A DNA stretch of 42,317 nucleotides from Chloroflexi bacterium RBG_16_64_43 (GCA_001796965.1 MGOA01000050.1:1-42317); one strand, 5' to 3'. Counted from the stretch's first letter, positions 1 through 8,257 are shown. The notes: generated from the letters alone by a model not told the origin. Program-made: numbers and translations.

Positions 1-29
1 GGAGGCGGGGGCCGCAGGCCCCCGCCTCC
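1..29. terminator. GC-rich stem-loop at window edge (12-bp stem, 5-nt loop)
   Basis: ggaggcgggggc / cgcag / gcccccgcctcc is a perfect inverted repeat (1-12 pairs with 18-29), followed by ttcaaaa on the + strand. It could terminate a + strand gene lying left of the window. Confidence 0.3.
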
Positions 30-405
30 TTCAAAACCTCTCCCCTCCCCAGGCTTGACGAGCTCGCGTTGACACCTCAACTCGCCGGGGGACGTTCCGG
101 GGCCTGCCCTCGGAGCGGGGGAGGGAAGAAGGCGAAGCTCGTTTTTCAACGGGCTGTTTGGGTAGTTGAATTCGCCCGCCCGCAGCGTCTTCCTCGACCG
201 CAAACCAAGGCAGCGTTCCCTTCGGTGTCAGGCAGGCCACGGCCAGCTGCGCCGCTCCCGAGTACCGGCAGGAAGCTGGTGCATGCCTTGGCGAAGCGTT
301 CGCCGGCATTCCTTCATTAGTTGTCGTCCCAAGGGATGGAAACTCGTCGCGTGGGTGGCGGCCCGGCGCCAATGCAACCCGGAGAGTGGGATGGTCACCC
401 CGCGT

Positions 406-1239
406 CTACTCGTCGTAGAGCACAGTGGCCTCGCCGTAGAAGCGCACCGACTGGCTGACCGTCCTCTGGTGCAGCCATTCCTGCAGTCTGAGGTTCTTCT
501 CGTCGAGGCTGAACGCGGCCGACAGTTCCTCAAGCGGATAGTTCACCCGCAGCGCACGCGGCGAAATCAGGTGGCGCGTGATACCCGCCGGCAAGCGGCC
601 CTGCCCGCGTGCCAAATCCATCACTTGGTTCGGGCGGAAGTTGGGAAATACCACCAGTGCGGCCGCGGTGGAAGAGAAGCCTTCCAGACCGCGCAATTCG
701 TCTTGCTGGGTGCGGAAGATCTTTCCATGCGGCAGATAGACGTTGACCACCTCGCACAACGTTGCGGCCCAGGCCTCGACCTGGCCCGTTTCACCGAGCG
801 CCGCCATGACCCCGCCTTCGGGCACGACGAGATAGCACACCAACTGTTGCTCGGCCAGGCTGCGGCGGGCGTCCTCGCGTGACATTTCGCGCAGGCTTAC
901 CCCGGGCAGCCCCTGCAGGCGCGTGAGCAGCGCCTGCGTCGACAGACTCACCACCAGATGGTTCCAGGCACTGAGTTGCACTCCGTCGCCCTCGTAATCC
1001 ACGACCTGCGCCAGCAGGTGGGAGTACTCCATCAGGGTGAAAGCGCTCACCCGGTTGGCGCCGTCGAGCACCACATAGTGGAGGTGGCCGTTGTCGAGCG
1101 GCGCAATGACCGGCGGGTTCTTCAGGATGCCGTCGCGGCGGAGGGTCGTGACCAGCGGATGAGTACGGCCGGGGTCGTGGTTCTCGTGCAAACGCAGCGA
1201 GTCGGTGGCGACGATGCGCAGGGTGGGTAGGGGTGTCAT
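406..1239 (-). CDS. ParB/sulfiredoxin-fold N-terminal domain protein, function unknown
   Basis: ORF 406..1278 (TTG) trimmed to the first ATG at 1239 (MTPLPTLRIV...). The N-terminal ~90 aa carry a ParB/Srx-like signature (LRLHENHD ... HYVVLDGANRVSA, i.e. the DGxxR core). I do not recognise the C-terminal two thirds. Confidence 0.6.
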   Translation of the reverse strand: MTPLPTLRIVATDSLRLHENHDPGRTHPLVTTLRRDGILKNPPVIAPLDNGHLHYVVLDGANRVSAFTLMEYSHLLAQVVDYEGDGVQLSAWNHLVVSLSTQALLTRLQGLPGVSLREMSREDARRSLAEQQLVCYLVVPEGGVMAALGETGQVEAWAATLCEVVNVYLPHGKIFRTQQDELRGLEGFSSTAAALVVFPNFRPNQVMDLARGQGRLPAGITRHLISPRALRVNYPLEELSAAFSLDEKNLRLQEWLHQRTVSQSVRFYGEATVLYDE

Positions 1240-1464
1240 GCGCTTTTGGCTCGCAGGCGCCCATTCCTCCTCGCACAACCCATGCGGCGAGGATTGCGCC
1301 GACGAAAGTCCCTCTCGCTTCGAGTTGTTGTTGACGGCCGGCGCGCTGTGCTCGCACGGCCGCCATGCGCGACGCGCGTTCCAACCGGGGGCCGGATGAA
1401 ATCGAGCCGAAGTGTACCGCGAATGAATTCGAATGCCCAGGGAACCCAGCCCACCGCCCCGGTT

Positions 1465-1493
1465 TTGACCAGCGTCGGTGGGTTTGGTAAAAT
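1465..1493 (+). promoter_or_regulatory. sigma70-type promoter with extended -10, upstream of rplI
   Basis: TTGACC (1465-1470), 17-nt spacer, TAAAAT (1488-1493), with TG at 1485-1486 (TGgTAAAAT). It lies about 95 nt upstream of the rplI ATG. Confidence 0.55.
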
Positions 1494-1588
1494 GCTCTTG
1501 GCGTTGTACCCTTCGCCGAGGCGCGCCAGGCGCGCCAAATCCGAGGGCGTTCGCAAGAACGCCCCGTGCATTGAGAAAGGGCTTGACG

Positions 1589-2107
1589 ATGAAAGTACTG
1601 CTGCTTAAAGACGTTTACAAGTTGGGCCGCGCGGGCGAAGTCAAGAAGGTGGCCGACGGCTACGGCCGCAATTTCCTCCTGCCCCAAAACCTGGCCATGC
1701 TAGCCACCCCCGGCGCGATCAAGCAATCGGAGCGCATCCGCACCGCAGCCCTGGCCGAGCGCGCGCGCGTCAACACCGAAATGGGCGCGGTGGCCGAGCG
1801 CCTGACCGGCGTGACGCTGACCTTCGTCGCCCGCGCCGGCGAGACGGGCAAGCTGTTCGGTTCGGTGACCACCGGCGACATTGCCGCGGCCATCGAGCGC
1901 GAGACCGGCGTGCGCGTCGACCGGCGCAACATCGCCCATCAGCCGCTGCGCGAAGTCGGCACACATAAAGTGCCTTTGCGCCTCACGGTGGATCTGATCC
2001 CGGAGATCACGGTGATCGTCAACCGCGAGGGCGAGCAGGAAGGCGTGCCAGCACCCGCTCCGGCGCCGGCCTCCCCCGAACCTGCACCGCAAGGCGAAGC
2101 AAGCTAG
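1589..2107 (+). CDS. rplI: 50S ribosomal protein L9 (bL9)
   Basis: Internal ATG of ORF 1478..2107. MKVLLLKDVYKLGRAGEVKKVADGYGRNFLLPQ is the canonical bL9 N-terminus. The C-terminal tail is Pro/Ala-rich. Confidence 0.95.
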   Translation: MKVLLLKDVYKLGRAGEVKKVADGYGRNFLLPQNLAMLATPGAIKQSERIRTAALAERARVNTEMGAVAERLTGVTLTFVARAGETGKLFGSVTTGDIAAAIERETGVRVDRRNIAHQPLREVGTHKVPLRLTVDLIPEITVIVNREGEQEGVPAPAPAPASPEPAPQGEAS

Positions 2108-2226
2108 CCCGCCCATCGGATCTGCCGCGCGGCAAACGGTCGCCCGCCTCTGTGCCCTTCGCTGGCGCCAGAGGGCTCGCGACCTGAGACGCGCGGCCGC
2201 TTCGACCGCGCCTTCCCTCATCGCCC

Positions 2227-3189
2227 ATGTCCGAATCGCTCGGGACCCTGCTGCGCCAGAAGCGTGAGGCGTTGGGCCTCACCCTCGAGGAAGTCGAGCG
2301 GCGCACTTATATCCGCCAGAAATTCCTGGCCGGCATCGAGGCCGACGACCACAGCCTGATCCCCTCGGTCGCCCAGGCCCGCGGATTCATCCGCAGCTAC
2401 GCCGCCTTCCTTGGGTTGGATGCCGATGAGACTATGGCCCGCGTCGGCGGAACGCGGCCGCGGCCGCCTCAACCCCCGCCGTCATCGGCGCGCGTGGCGC
2501 CCGATGCCCGGCGCCCGATCGCCTCGAGAACCACTCTCTGGCGGCGCTTCATGCGGCTGGATGTCGTCCTCAGCACCGGGTTGAGCCTCGTCGTGATCGG
2601 CCTGCTAGGTTGGGGGGCGGTGCAGTTGGCGCACTTCCTGGCCAACGAGAGTCCTGGCGCGGCGGCCACCGGGGCGTTCGTCGCCAACCTCGGCCGACCT
2701 ACCCCGAGTGAGACGGCGGCCACCCCCATTGCAGGCGAGGCGGGCGGCAAACTGACCAGCGAGCCGCTGCCCGTGGCTGCCGGTGAATTGGTGACTGCCG
2801 CACCGACCCCCTTGGGGGGCGTTTACACCAGCGTGCGGCTGCGCCTGGAAGCCGTCCACCGCAGCTACGTCAGAGTGATCGTTGACGGCAAGCAGCAGTT
2901 CGCCGGACGCCTGCCACCGGGCCAGCACCTTGAGTTCGAGGGCGCGCAGTCGGTCGCGGTCATTGCCGGAGATGGGGCGGCCATTCGCGTGATCTACAAC
3001 AGTATCGACCAGGGCACGCAAGGCGGGGTGGGCGAGGCCATCATCCGCGTGTGGACCTTGGCCGGAATGAAGACGCCCACACCCAGCGTCACCCCCACCG
3101 CCACGCCGACCGTTCGCCCCAGCGCCACCCCGCGCCTCACCGCCACCTTCACGCCCGCGCCCAGCGCCACCCCGCCCGCGGGAGGCTAG
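2227..3189 (+). CDS. rodZ: RodZ-like cytoskeleton protein (XRE-type HTH, one TM, DUF4115)
   Basis: N-terminal HTH (LGTLLRQKREALGLTLEEVERRTYIRQKFLAGIE), a hydrophobic segment (VVLSTGLSLVVIGLLGWGAV), and a C-terminal DUF4115-like block (VRLRLEAVHRSYVRVIVDGKQQFAGRLPPGQHLEFEG). The tail is PT-rich. Confidence 0.8.
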   Translation: MSESLGTLLRQKREALGLTLEEVERRTYIRQKFLAGIEADDHSLIPSVAQARGFIRSYAAFLGLDADETMARVGGTRPRPPQPPPSSARVAPDARRPIASRTTLWRRFMRLDVVLSTGLSLVVIGLLGWGAVQLAHFLANESPGAAATGAFVANLGRPTPSETAATPIAGEAGGKLTSEPLPVAAGELVTAAPTPLGGVYTSVRLRLEAVHRSYVRVIVDGKQQFAGRLPPGQHLEFEGAQSVAVIAGDGAAIRVIYNSIDQGTQGGVGEAIIRVWTLAGMKTPTPSVTPTATPTVRPSATPRLTATFTPAPSATPPAGG

Positions 3190-4545
3190 ATGGGCGCGCC
3201 CATGCGCTACCACGTTGTGACCCTCGGCTGCGCCAAGAACAGCGTCGATTCCGATTCCATGGCGGAGTTGCTCGAACGGGCCGGCTACCGGCACGCCGAC
3301 CGCCCGTCTCGGGCGGATGTGATCGTGGTCAATACGTGCGGTTTCATCGGGCCGGCGCGCGAGGAGTCGCTGCGCACCTTGCGCGATCTGGCGCGCACCA
3401 AGCGCCGCGGCCAGAAGCTGATCGCCGCCGGCTGCCTCACCCAGCGCTACGCCGAGCAGGTGGCGCGCGACGTGCCGGGGCTGGACGGCATTCTCGGCAC
3501 GCGCCGTTGGATGGATATCCTTGAGGTGGTGCAGGGTCTTCGACCCTCCGTCCACCCGGCGCCGCTGTATCACTTGCCGCCCGAGGCCCATACCGTCGGG
3601 CGTGATGAGCGCGGCGTATTGCGCGCCTCCATTCAGGTCGGCAGCGCTTATCTCAAGATCGCGGATGGATGCCGGCGGCCGTGCGCCTTCTGCGCGATCC
3701 CGCTCATCAAGGGTACAGCGGTCAGCCGGCCGATGGAAACGATCGTGACCGAGGCGCGTAGGCTGCGCGATCGCGGCGTGCGCGAGATCATCCTTATCGC
3801 ACAGGATACGACTGACTACGGGCACGATCTCGGGCTGCACGACGGTTTGGCCCAGCTGCTCGAGGCCATGGTGCACGCCGTGCCAGACGTGCCCTGGCTG
3901 CGCGTGATGTACGCATACCCGGGCGCGATCACCGATCGCCTGATCGAGGTCATGGCCGCCCACTCCAATATCCTGCCCTATCTCGACCTGCCCTTGCAGC
4001 ATGCCCACCCGGCCGTCTTGAGGCGCATGCGCCGCCCGGCCAACATGGAATGGGTGCACGCCACGGTGAACACGATGCGCGCCGCGCTCCCGGATCTGGC
4101 CCTGCGCAGCACGTTCATCGTCGGCTATCCCGGCGAGAGCGAAACCGAATTCGAGGCGCTGCTCGCTTTCCTGAGAGCCATGCGCTTTGACCGCGTCGGC
4201 TGCTTCACCTACTCGTTCGAGGCCGAGACGGAAAGTGGGCGCTTGGCGGACGATGTACCCTTCGAAGTCAAAGAGGAACGGCGCGGGCGCCTGATGGAAT
4301 TGCAGCAGGGCATCTCCTTGCAGCGTAACCAGGCATGGGTGGGTCGGCGGTTGCCGGTGCTGATCGAGGGCTGGGGCGACAACTTGGCGGTCGGGCGGTC
4401 GTACCGCGACGCGCCGGAGGTCGATGGCATGGTGCTGGTCGAGGGTGGCCAGCCGCCTCTGGGCGAGATCGTGCCCGTGGACATCACCGGGGCGCTGGCT
4501 TATGACCTGGTCGGCCAACTGGCGCCGCCAATCGCCGGGGGGTGA
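3190..4545 (+). CDS. rimO: Ribosomal protein S12 methylthiotransferase RimO (radical SAM MTTase)
   Basis: N-terminal MTTase domain (VVTLGCAKNSVDSDSM), radical-SAM CxxxCxxC (CRRPCAFCAIP), HPAVLRRMRRP motif and a C-terminal TRAM-like domain. ATG 3190 directly follows the rodZ stop. An alternative ATG at 3202 is possible. Confidence 0.85.
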   Translation: MGAPMRYHVVTLGCAKNSVDSDSMAELLERAGYRHADRPSRADVIVVNTCGFIGPAREESLRTLRDLARTKRRGQKLIAAGCLTQRYAEQVARDVPGLDGILGTRRWMDILEVVQGLRPSVHPAPLYHLPPEAHTVGRDERGVLRASIQVGSAYLKIADGCRRPCAFCAIPLIKGTAVSRPMETIVTEARRLRDRGVREIILIAQDTTDYGHDLGLHDGLAQLLEAMVHAVPDVPWLRVMYAYPGAITDRLIEVMAAHSNILPYLDLPLQHAHPAVLRRMRRPANMEWVHATVNTMRAALPDLALRSTFIVGYPGESETEFEALLAFLRAMRFDRVGCFTYSFEAETESGRLADDVPFEVKEERRGRLMELQQGISLQRNQAWVGRRLPVLIEGWGDNLAVGRSYRDAPEVDGMVLVEGGQPPLGEIVPVDITGALAYDLVGQLAPPIAGG

Positions 4546-4562
4546 ATTGCCGAAGGCTAACG

Positions 4563-4596
4563 AAACCGGCCTCGCGCATTGGCGCGAGGCCGGTTT
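4563..4596. terminator. Bidirectional intrinsic-terminator-like hairpin between convergent rimO and the DUF1232 gene
   Basis: aaaccggcctcgcgc / attg / gcgcgaggccggttt forms a perfect 15-bp stem with A/T-rich flanks on both sides. Confidence 0.6.
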
Positions 4597-4623
4597 GACT
4601 CTGCAAGCCAAGTTTGCGAATAG

Positions 4624-4995
4624 CTAGGGAGATGTGTCCTCGGCGCCCGCAGTGGGTTCGGCAGGTTTGGCCGCCTCTACTTTGGGCAGGTCCACTTCGC
4701 GCCAGGTGCCGGGAATGACCGCGTTGAGGTCCCGCATGTGCTCAGCCACAACCTCGGAAGGGCACAACTCGATAAACAGCCACAACCCGCCCAGGACAAC
4801 CGCCGTATCGTCGATCGGCCCGGGCAGGATGTCGGGGAAGAAGAGATACACCACTGTGGCAACGGGCACGAGTTTGAGCAGCGGATTCACCCGGCGGTCG
4901 CGCAATAGGCGCCACACAAGTTTGACCTGCAGCGCCGTCTGGCGGAAGAAGCCTCGCGATGGGCCAGGCAAACGCGGAGACTCGCTATCAGACAT
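4624..4995 (-). CDS. DUF1232 (YkvA-like) small membrane protein
   Basis: Motif FFPDILPGPIDDTAVVLGGLW is typical of DUF1232. ATG 4995 is preceded by AAGGGAGAG. The ORF track starts at GTG 5010. Confidence 0.6.
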   Translation of the reverse strand: MSDSESPRLPGPSRGFFRQTALQVKLVWRLLRDRRVNPLLKLVPVATVVYLFFPDILPGPIDDTAVVLGGLWLFIELCPSEVVAEHMRDLNAVIPGTWREVDLPKVEAAKPAEPTAGAEDTSP

Positions 4996-5032
4996 GCTCT
5001 CCCTTTCCACTGCGTGAGTTGGTGCGCGTCGA

Positions 5033-5038
5033 ATTATA
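5033..5038 (-). promoter_or_regulatory. Candidate -10 box (TATAAT) for the DUF1232 gene
   Basis: The + strand attata reads as a perfect TATAAT on the minus strand, about 38 nt upstream of ATG 4995. No convincing -35. Confidence 0.3.
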
Positions 5039-5322
5039 TACTGTGTCTGTTAAACGTCCCCGCCGGCATGATCCATTCCATATACGATGGACAGTCGTAG
5101 CTGTTGCGCGCACGGTCTGCCCTTCTTCCACGCGGCAGATGGCCAGCGCGAATCGTCAACTTCTGCAGGTGTAGCGGGGAGGCGGGCGCGCAGAAGGCCG
5201 AATCCGGTATCTGGGAGTGAGGCCGATTCCGCGCGATTCAGGCCACGGGACATGGCTAGTGACGACGGGAACAAACATTCATACAAACTCACTTGACAAA
5301 CCCACCAATTCGACCGCAATTA

Positions 5323-5331
5323 TGATATATT
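5323..5331 (+). promoter_or_regulatory. Candidate extended -10 promoter (TGaTATATT) for the cupredoxin gene
   Basis: TG at 5323-5324 and TATATT at 5326-5331, inside a locally AT-rich patch. A TTGACA at 5293-5298 is too far upstream to serve as a standard -35. Confidence 0.3.
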
Positions 5332-5468
5332 GTCTCCTGATGCAAGCTCAGCCCCGAGCCTGAAAGAAGCGCAGGTCGCCAGCGGTTGCGGGCGTGCGCT
5401 TCGGGAGCACGGCGAGGGCAGCGTTCGATCCTACCAACCAGTTCGCGAATTCATCCAAGGAGAAGCAT

Positions 5469-5864
5469 ATGCTCACGCGCAAGTCTGTTACCTCAGTCAT
5501 GCTGTTTGTGGTCTTGGCTACCGCTCTCGCTGCCTGCGGCCCCAAGGGCCCCACTTCGGTCGACGTCACGCTGACCGAGTACACGATCGAGATGAGCAAG
5601 ATCAGTGTGCCTGCGGGTCAATTGAAGTTCAACATCACCAACACCGGCTCGATCGTGCATGAGCTCGTGCTGGAGCCGGCTGGCGCTGTGGACTCTCCGC
5701 TGGAAGCGAACGGCACCGTCGCCGAGGTAGAGGACATTGAGCCCGGCGCGACGGTCACCCTCGAATGGACGATCGACACCCCCGGCGAATACCAACTCAC
5801 TTGCCACCTGCCCGGGCACTATGAGAACGGCATGGTCTTGCCCTTCACCGTAACCGCCAAGTAG
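5469..5864 (+). CDS. Auracyanin-like type-1 blue copper protein (cupredoxin), lipoprotein
   Basis: ATG 5469 follows AAGGAGAAG. Signal peptide with lipobox (VVLATALAAC). Type-1 Cu ligands are present: His in SIVHELV plus C-x2-PGH-x4-M (LTCHLPGHYENGM). Confidence 0.8.
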   Translation: MLTRKSVTSVMLFVVLATALAACGPKGPTSVDVTLTEYTIEMSKISVPAGQLKFNITNTGSIVHELVLEPAGAVDSPLEANGTVAEVEDIEPGATVTLEWTIDTPGEYQLTCHLPGHYENGMVLPFTVTAK

Positions 5865-5888
5865 CTGGCGCTCACACACTGCAATGCA

Positions 5889-5916
5889 CAAGGGGCATCC
5901 GTGAGGATGCCCCTTG
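5889..5916. terminator. Bidirectional terminator-like hairpin between the convergent cupredoxin and DinB genes
   Basis: caaggggcatcc / gtga / ggatgccccttg forms a perfect 12-bp stem with a GTGA tetraloop. Confidence 0.6.
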
Positions 5917-5949
5917 GGATTCCAAGGTGCGCACGCACGTTGCGCGGCC

Positions 5950-6426
5950 TCAGCCTACCCTGGCCATCGCCTCGCGCATATGCATCAACTGGTGGCCGTA
6001 GATCGCGATCAGCATCACCTCCAGCGACACCATCCCCAGCGCCGGGTGCCGCCCCACCAGGTCGAGCTGCTCCTCGCTCAGCGCGCGCGCGAACTCGATC
6101 GTTTCCACCCGCGCCTGGGTCAGGCTGGCCAGCACAGCCTGCGGCGCCATGCCCGCCAGGCGCAGCTGTTCCTTCCCGTTGAAGCCGTCGTAGTCAAAAC
6201 CCTCCCCTACCCCCGGCCCGCCTGCAGCCACATCTCGCGCCATCAACAGCAAGTGGACCTCCGCCGAATAGAAGTGCGCGGCCAGGTCGCGCACTTTCCA
6301 CGGCGGCGGTCCGTCGTACACCGGCGCGCGCCAGCCCTCGGCACTCAGCGAGCCGAACTTCTCCTGTGTCTTGAGCATCCCCTTTTCGAGGCGGGCGACT
6401 ATTTCACTGACACGTGGGCCGGGCAT
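5950..6426 (-). CDS. DinB-family (DinB_2-like) protein
   Basis: C-terminal 158 aa of the over-long ORF 5950..7467, starting at ATG 6426 (MPGPRVSEIVARLEKG...). It has a helical-bundle pattern with conserved His residues (AAHFYSAE ... IYGHQLMHMRE). The upstream part of the ORF is R/A/G-rich junk that overlaps a tRNA and an opposite-strand gene. Confidence 0.75.
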   Translation of the reverse strand: MPGPRVSEIVARLEKGMLKTQEKFGSLSAEGWRAPVYDGPPPWKVRDLAAHFYSAEVHLLLMARDVAAGGPGVGEGFDYDGFNGKEQLRLAGMAPQAVLASLTQARVETIEFARALSEEQLDLVGRHPALGMVSLEVMLIAIYGHQLMHMREAMARVG

Positions 6427-6615
6427 GGGCTGCCTCCGCAATGTGGCGTGTGCGGAGTCTAGCCCGGGTGAGGGCGATTGTCGAATCGCACCCCAATTCT
6501 CTTTGGCCGGCCCGTTCGCCCCTTGCCCTATAATGGGGTAAGCTCGGGCCGGCATCCGCCCAGCATGGCCCGCGGCGCCCGCCGACCCGCGCCGGCGGCG
6601 GGGAGGAGGTGCCAC

Positions 6616-7107
6616 GTGCGCCTTGCCATTCTCAGCGACAGTCACGACAACGTGTGGAAGCTCGACAGCGCCATGCCGCAGCTCGCCCAGGCGGATGTCA
6701 TACTCCACTGCGGCGACGTGTGTTCGCCGTTCACCATCCTGCGCCTGGCGCAGGGCGTGCAAGGCAAACCCATTCACCTGGTGTGGGGCAACAACGACGG
6801 CGACAAGCCGCTCTTGCTCGCGCGCGCGGCCCAGGCGGGCAATGTCACCGTCCACGGCGACCTGGCCGAACTCACTTTGGATGGCCTCAAGGTGGCGGTC
6901 AACCACTATCCGAATATCGCGCGGGCGCTTGCCGAAAGCGGGCATTACGACTTGGTGTGCTACGGTCACGACCACACCGCGCACGAGGAGCGTGTGGGGC
7001 GCACGCTGCTGCTCAATCCGGGCGAGGTGATGGGCCTGAATGGCCGCAGCACCCTGGCCCTCTTCGTCACGCGCAGCCAGAAGGTGGCCTGGGTGGATCT
7101 GGCCTGA
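6616..7107 (+). CDS. YfcE/MJ0936-family metallophosphoesterase
   Basis: GTG 6616 follows GGGAGGAGG (6601-6609). Calcineurin-like motifs are present: LAILSDSHDN, HCGDV, WGNNDGD, CYGHDHT. Confidence 0.8.
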   Translation: MRLAILSDSHDNVWKLDSAMPQLAQADVILHCGDVCSPFTILRLAQGVQGKPIHLVWGNNDGDKPLLLARAAQAGNVTVHGDLAELTLDGLKVAVNHYPNIARALAESGHYDLVCYGHDHTAHEERVGRTLLLNPGEVMGLNGRSTLALFVTRSQKVAWVDLA

Positions 7108-7152
7108 CGCCCCAAACAACGAACGGCGCCGCACATGCGACGCCGCTCTGGG

Positions 7153-7227
7153 TGGCGCCCCTGCGGCGAATTGAACACCGGTCTCTGCCTCCGGAGGGCA
7201 ACGCTCTATCCGCTGAGCTACAGGGGC
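7153..7227 (-). tRNA. tRNA-Arg (anticodon CCG)
   Basis: Minus-strand read: GCCCCTG TA GCTC AGCGGATA GAGC G TTGCC CTCCGGA GGCAG AGAC CGGTG TTCAATT CGCCG CAGGGGC G CCA. This folds as a full cloverleaf with a 7-bp acceptor stem, a TTCAATT T-loop, an encoded CCA and the anticodon CCG in the loop. Confidence 0.9.
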
Positions 7228-7237
7228 GACGCGTGCG

Positions 7238-7246
7238 ATTTTACCA
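7238..7246 (-). promoter_or_regulatory. Extended -10 promoter (TGGTAAAAT) for tRNA-Arg
   Basis: The + strand attttacca reads TGGTAAAAT on the minus strand, ending 10 nt before the mature tRNA 5' end. It is the same 9-mer as in the rplI promoter. Confidence 0.45.
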
Positions 7247-7295
7247 TGCGCGCCGCATTCATTCCGCACAGTGGACGTGCGGCCGGACCCCGATG

Positions 7296-7301
7296 TATAA
7301 T
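7296..7301 (+). promoter_or_regulatory. Candidate -10 box (TATAAT) upstream of yebC-ruvCA
   Basis: Perfect TATAAT in the intergenic region about 165 nt upstream of ATG 7466. The -35 is weak (TGGACG with an 18-nt spacer). Confidence 0.3.
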
Positions 7302-7465
7302 CCCATTCGCGCAGCGGTGAGGCCCCAGGGCCGGCCCGCGGCGACGCGAGTTCCCCGAGGTCTTCCTCGTCGCACGATGCGCCTCCGGATCGCTGATGCA
7401 CAGGGCCGGGTGGCCATTGGATTGAACTGGCGGGGCCGCGCCTCGCACCCTCAAGGAGAACGGGC

Positions 7466-8224
7466 ATGTCTGGTCATTCAAAGTGGGCCACCATCAAGCG
7501 CAAGAAAGGTGCCGCAGATGCCAAGCGGGGCCAGCTCTTCACGCGCCTGGCGCGCGAGATCGCGATGGCCGCGCGCGAGGGCGGCGGCGATGTCGACGCC
7601 AATTTCAAACTGCGCCTGGCGATCGACAAGGCGCGCGCCAACAATATGCCCAAAGACAACATCGAGCGTGCGGTGCACCGCGGCACGGGTGAAGACCGTG
7701 AAGGCGGCGTGCTTGAGCAAATGAGCTACGAAGCCTATGCGCCGCATGGCATCGCCTTGCTGATCGATGTGGTGACGGACAACAAGAACCGCGCCGTGGC
7801 AGAAATCCGGCGCATCCTCACCCGCGCCGGGGGCAGCCTGGGCGAAGCCGGCTCGGTAGCCTGGCAATTCACGCGCAAAGCCTACTTCGAGATGGCGGCT
7901 GAAGGCAAAGACTCTGACGCCATCTTTGAGATGGCCGTGGAAGCCGGGGCGGACGACGTCTCCGTCGGCAGCGACATGATCGAAATCACGGCGCCGGTGG
8001 AGGCCTTCAAATCCATCAGCGAGCGCCTGCGCACTGCCAAGCTCGCCCCGGATGAAGCCACCCTGCGTATGGAACCCCAGCAGCAGATCCCCCTGGGAGT
8101 CGATGACACCGTATCCGTGATGAAAGTCATCGAGGCGCTCGAAGAACTCGACGACGTGCATACCGTCTACTCGAATCTGCAGGTCAGCGACGAGGCGGTG
8201 GCCGCCATGGAGGCGGCCGCCTAG
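7466..8224 (+). CDS. yebC: YebC/PmpR-family transcriptional regulator
   Basis: MSGHSKWATIKRKKGAADAKRGQLFTRLAREI is the canonical N-terminus. The RBS AAGGAGA lies at 7453-7459. Confidence 0.95.
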   Translation: MSGHSKWATIKRKKGAADAKRGQLFTRLAREIAMAAREGGGDVDANFKLRLAIDKARANNMPKDNIERAVHRGTGEDREGGVLEQMSYEAYAPHGIALLIDVVTDNKNRAVAEIRRILTRAGGSLGEAGSVAWQFTRKAYFEMAAEGKDSDAIFEMAVEAGADDVSVGSDMIEITAPVEAFKSISERLRTAKLAPDEATLRMEPQQQIPLGVDDTVSVMKVIEALEELDDVHTVYSNLQVSDEAVAAMEAAA

Positions 8225-8257
8225 GCGGCCCTGCGCGCAGCGCGCTCCCTCCACACG

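Noticed and set aside
30-405. Possible SRP RNA, RNase P RNA or tmRNA. Prompts were CCAAGGCAG and CCGGCAGGAAGCTGG, which resemble pieces of the 4.5S domain IV, and the region's length, which is compatible with RNase P.
   Set aside because: The pieces are in the wrong order and cannot be paired into helix 8 with a GNRA loop. There are no GGAAAGTCC or ACAGAACCCGGCTTA RNase P P4 motifs on either strand, and no tRNA-like 3' end for tmRNA. I kept it only as an unassigned region.
2605-4611. Very long antisense ORFs: 668 aa opposite rimO, 468 aa at 9824..11230 opposite atpA, 547 aa at 12408..14051 opposite atpD, 514 aa at 23843..25387 opposite the NACHT gene, and 392 aa at 20677..21855 opposite the kinase-like gene.
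   Set aside because: Their translations are Arg/Ala/Gly/His-rich with no recognisable motifs, while the opposite strand encodes unmistakable conserved proteins. Stop-codon-poor antisense frames are expected in GC-rich DNA.
5293-5326. MerR/CueR-type copper-responsive promoter for the cupredoxin gene (TTGACA with an over-long 19-22 nt spacer).
   Set aside because: The spacer (aacccaccaattcgaccgc) contains no dyad symmetry, and the candidate -10 boxes at 19-20 nt spacing are poor. An extended -10 at 5323-5331 explains the region more simply.
5950-7467. A 505-aa minus-strand ORF suggesting a large protein.
   Set aside because: Only the C-terminal 158 aa (from ATG 6426) look like a DinB-family protein. 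The upstream part runs antisense through the metallophosphoesterase gene and across the tRNA-Arg.
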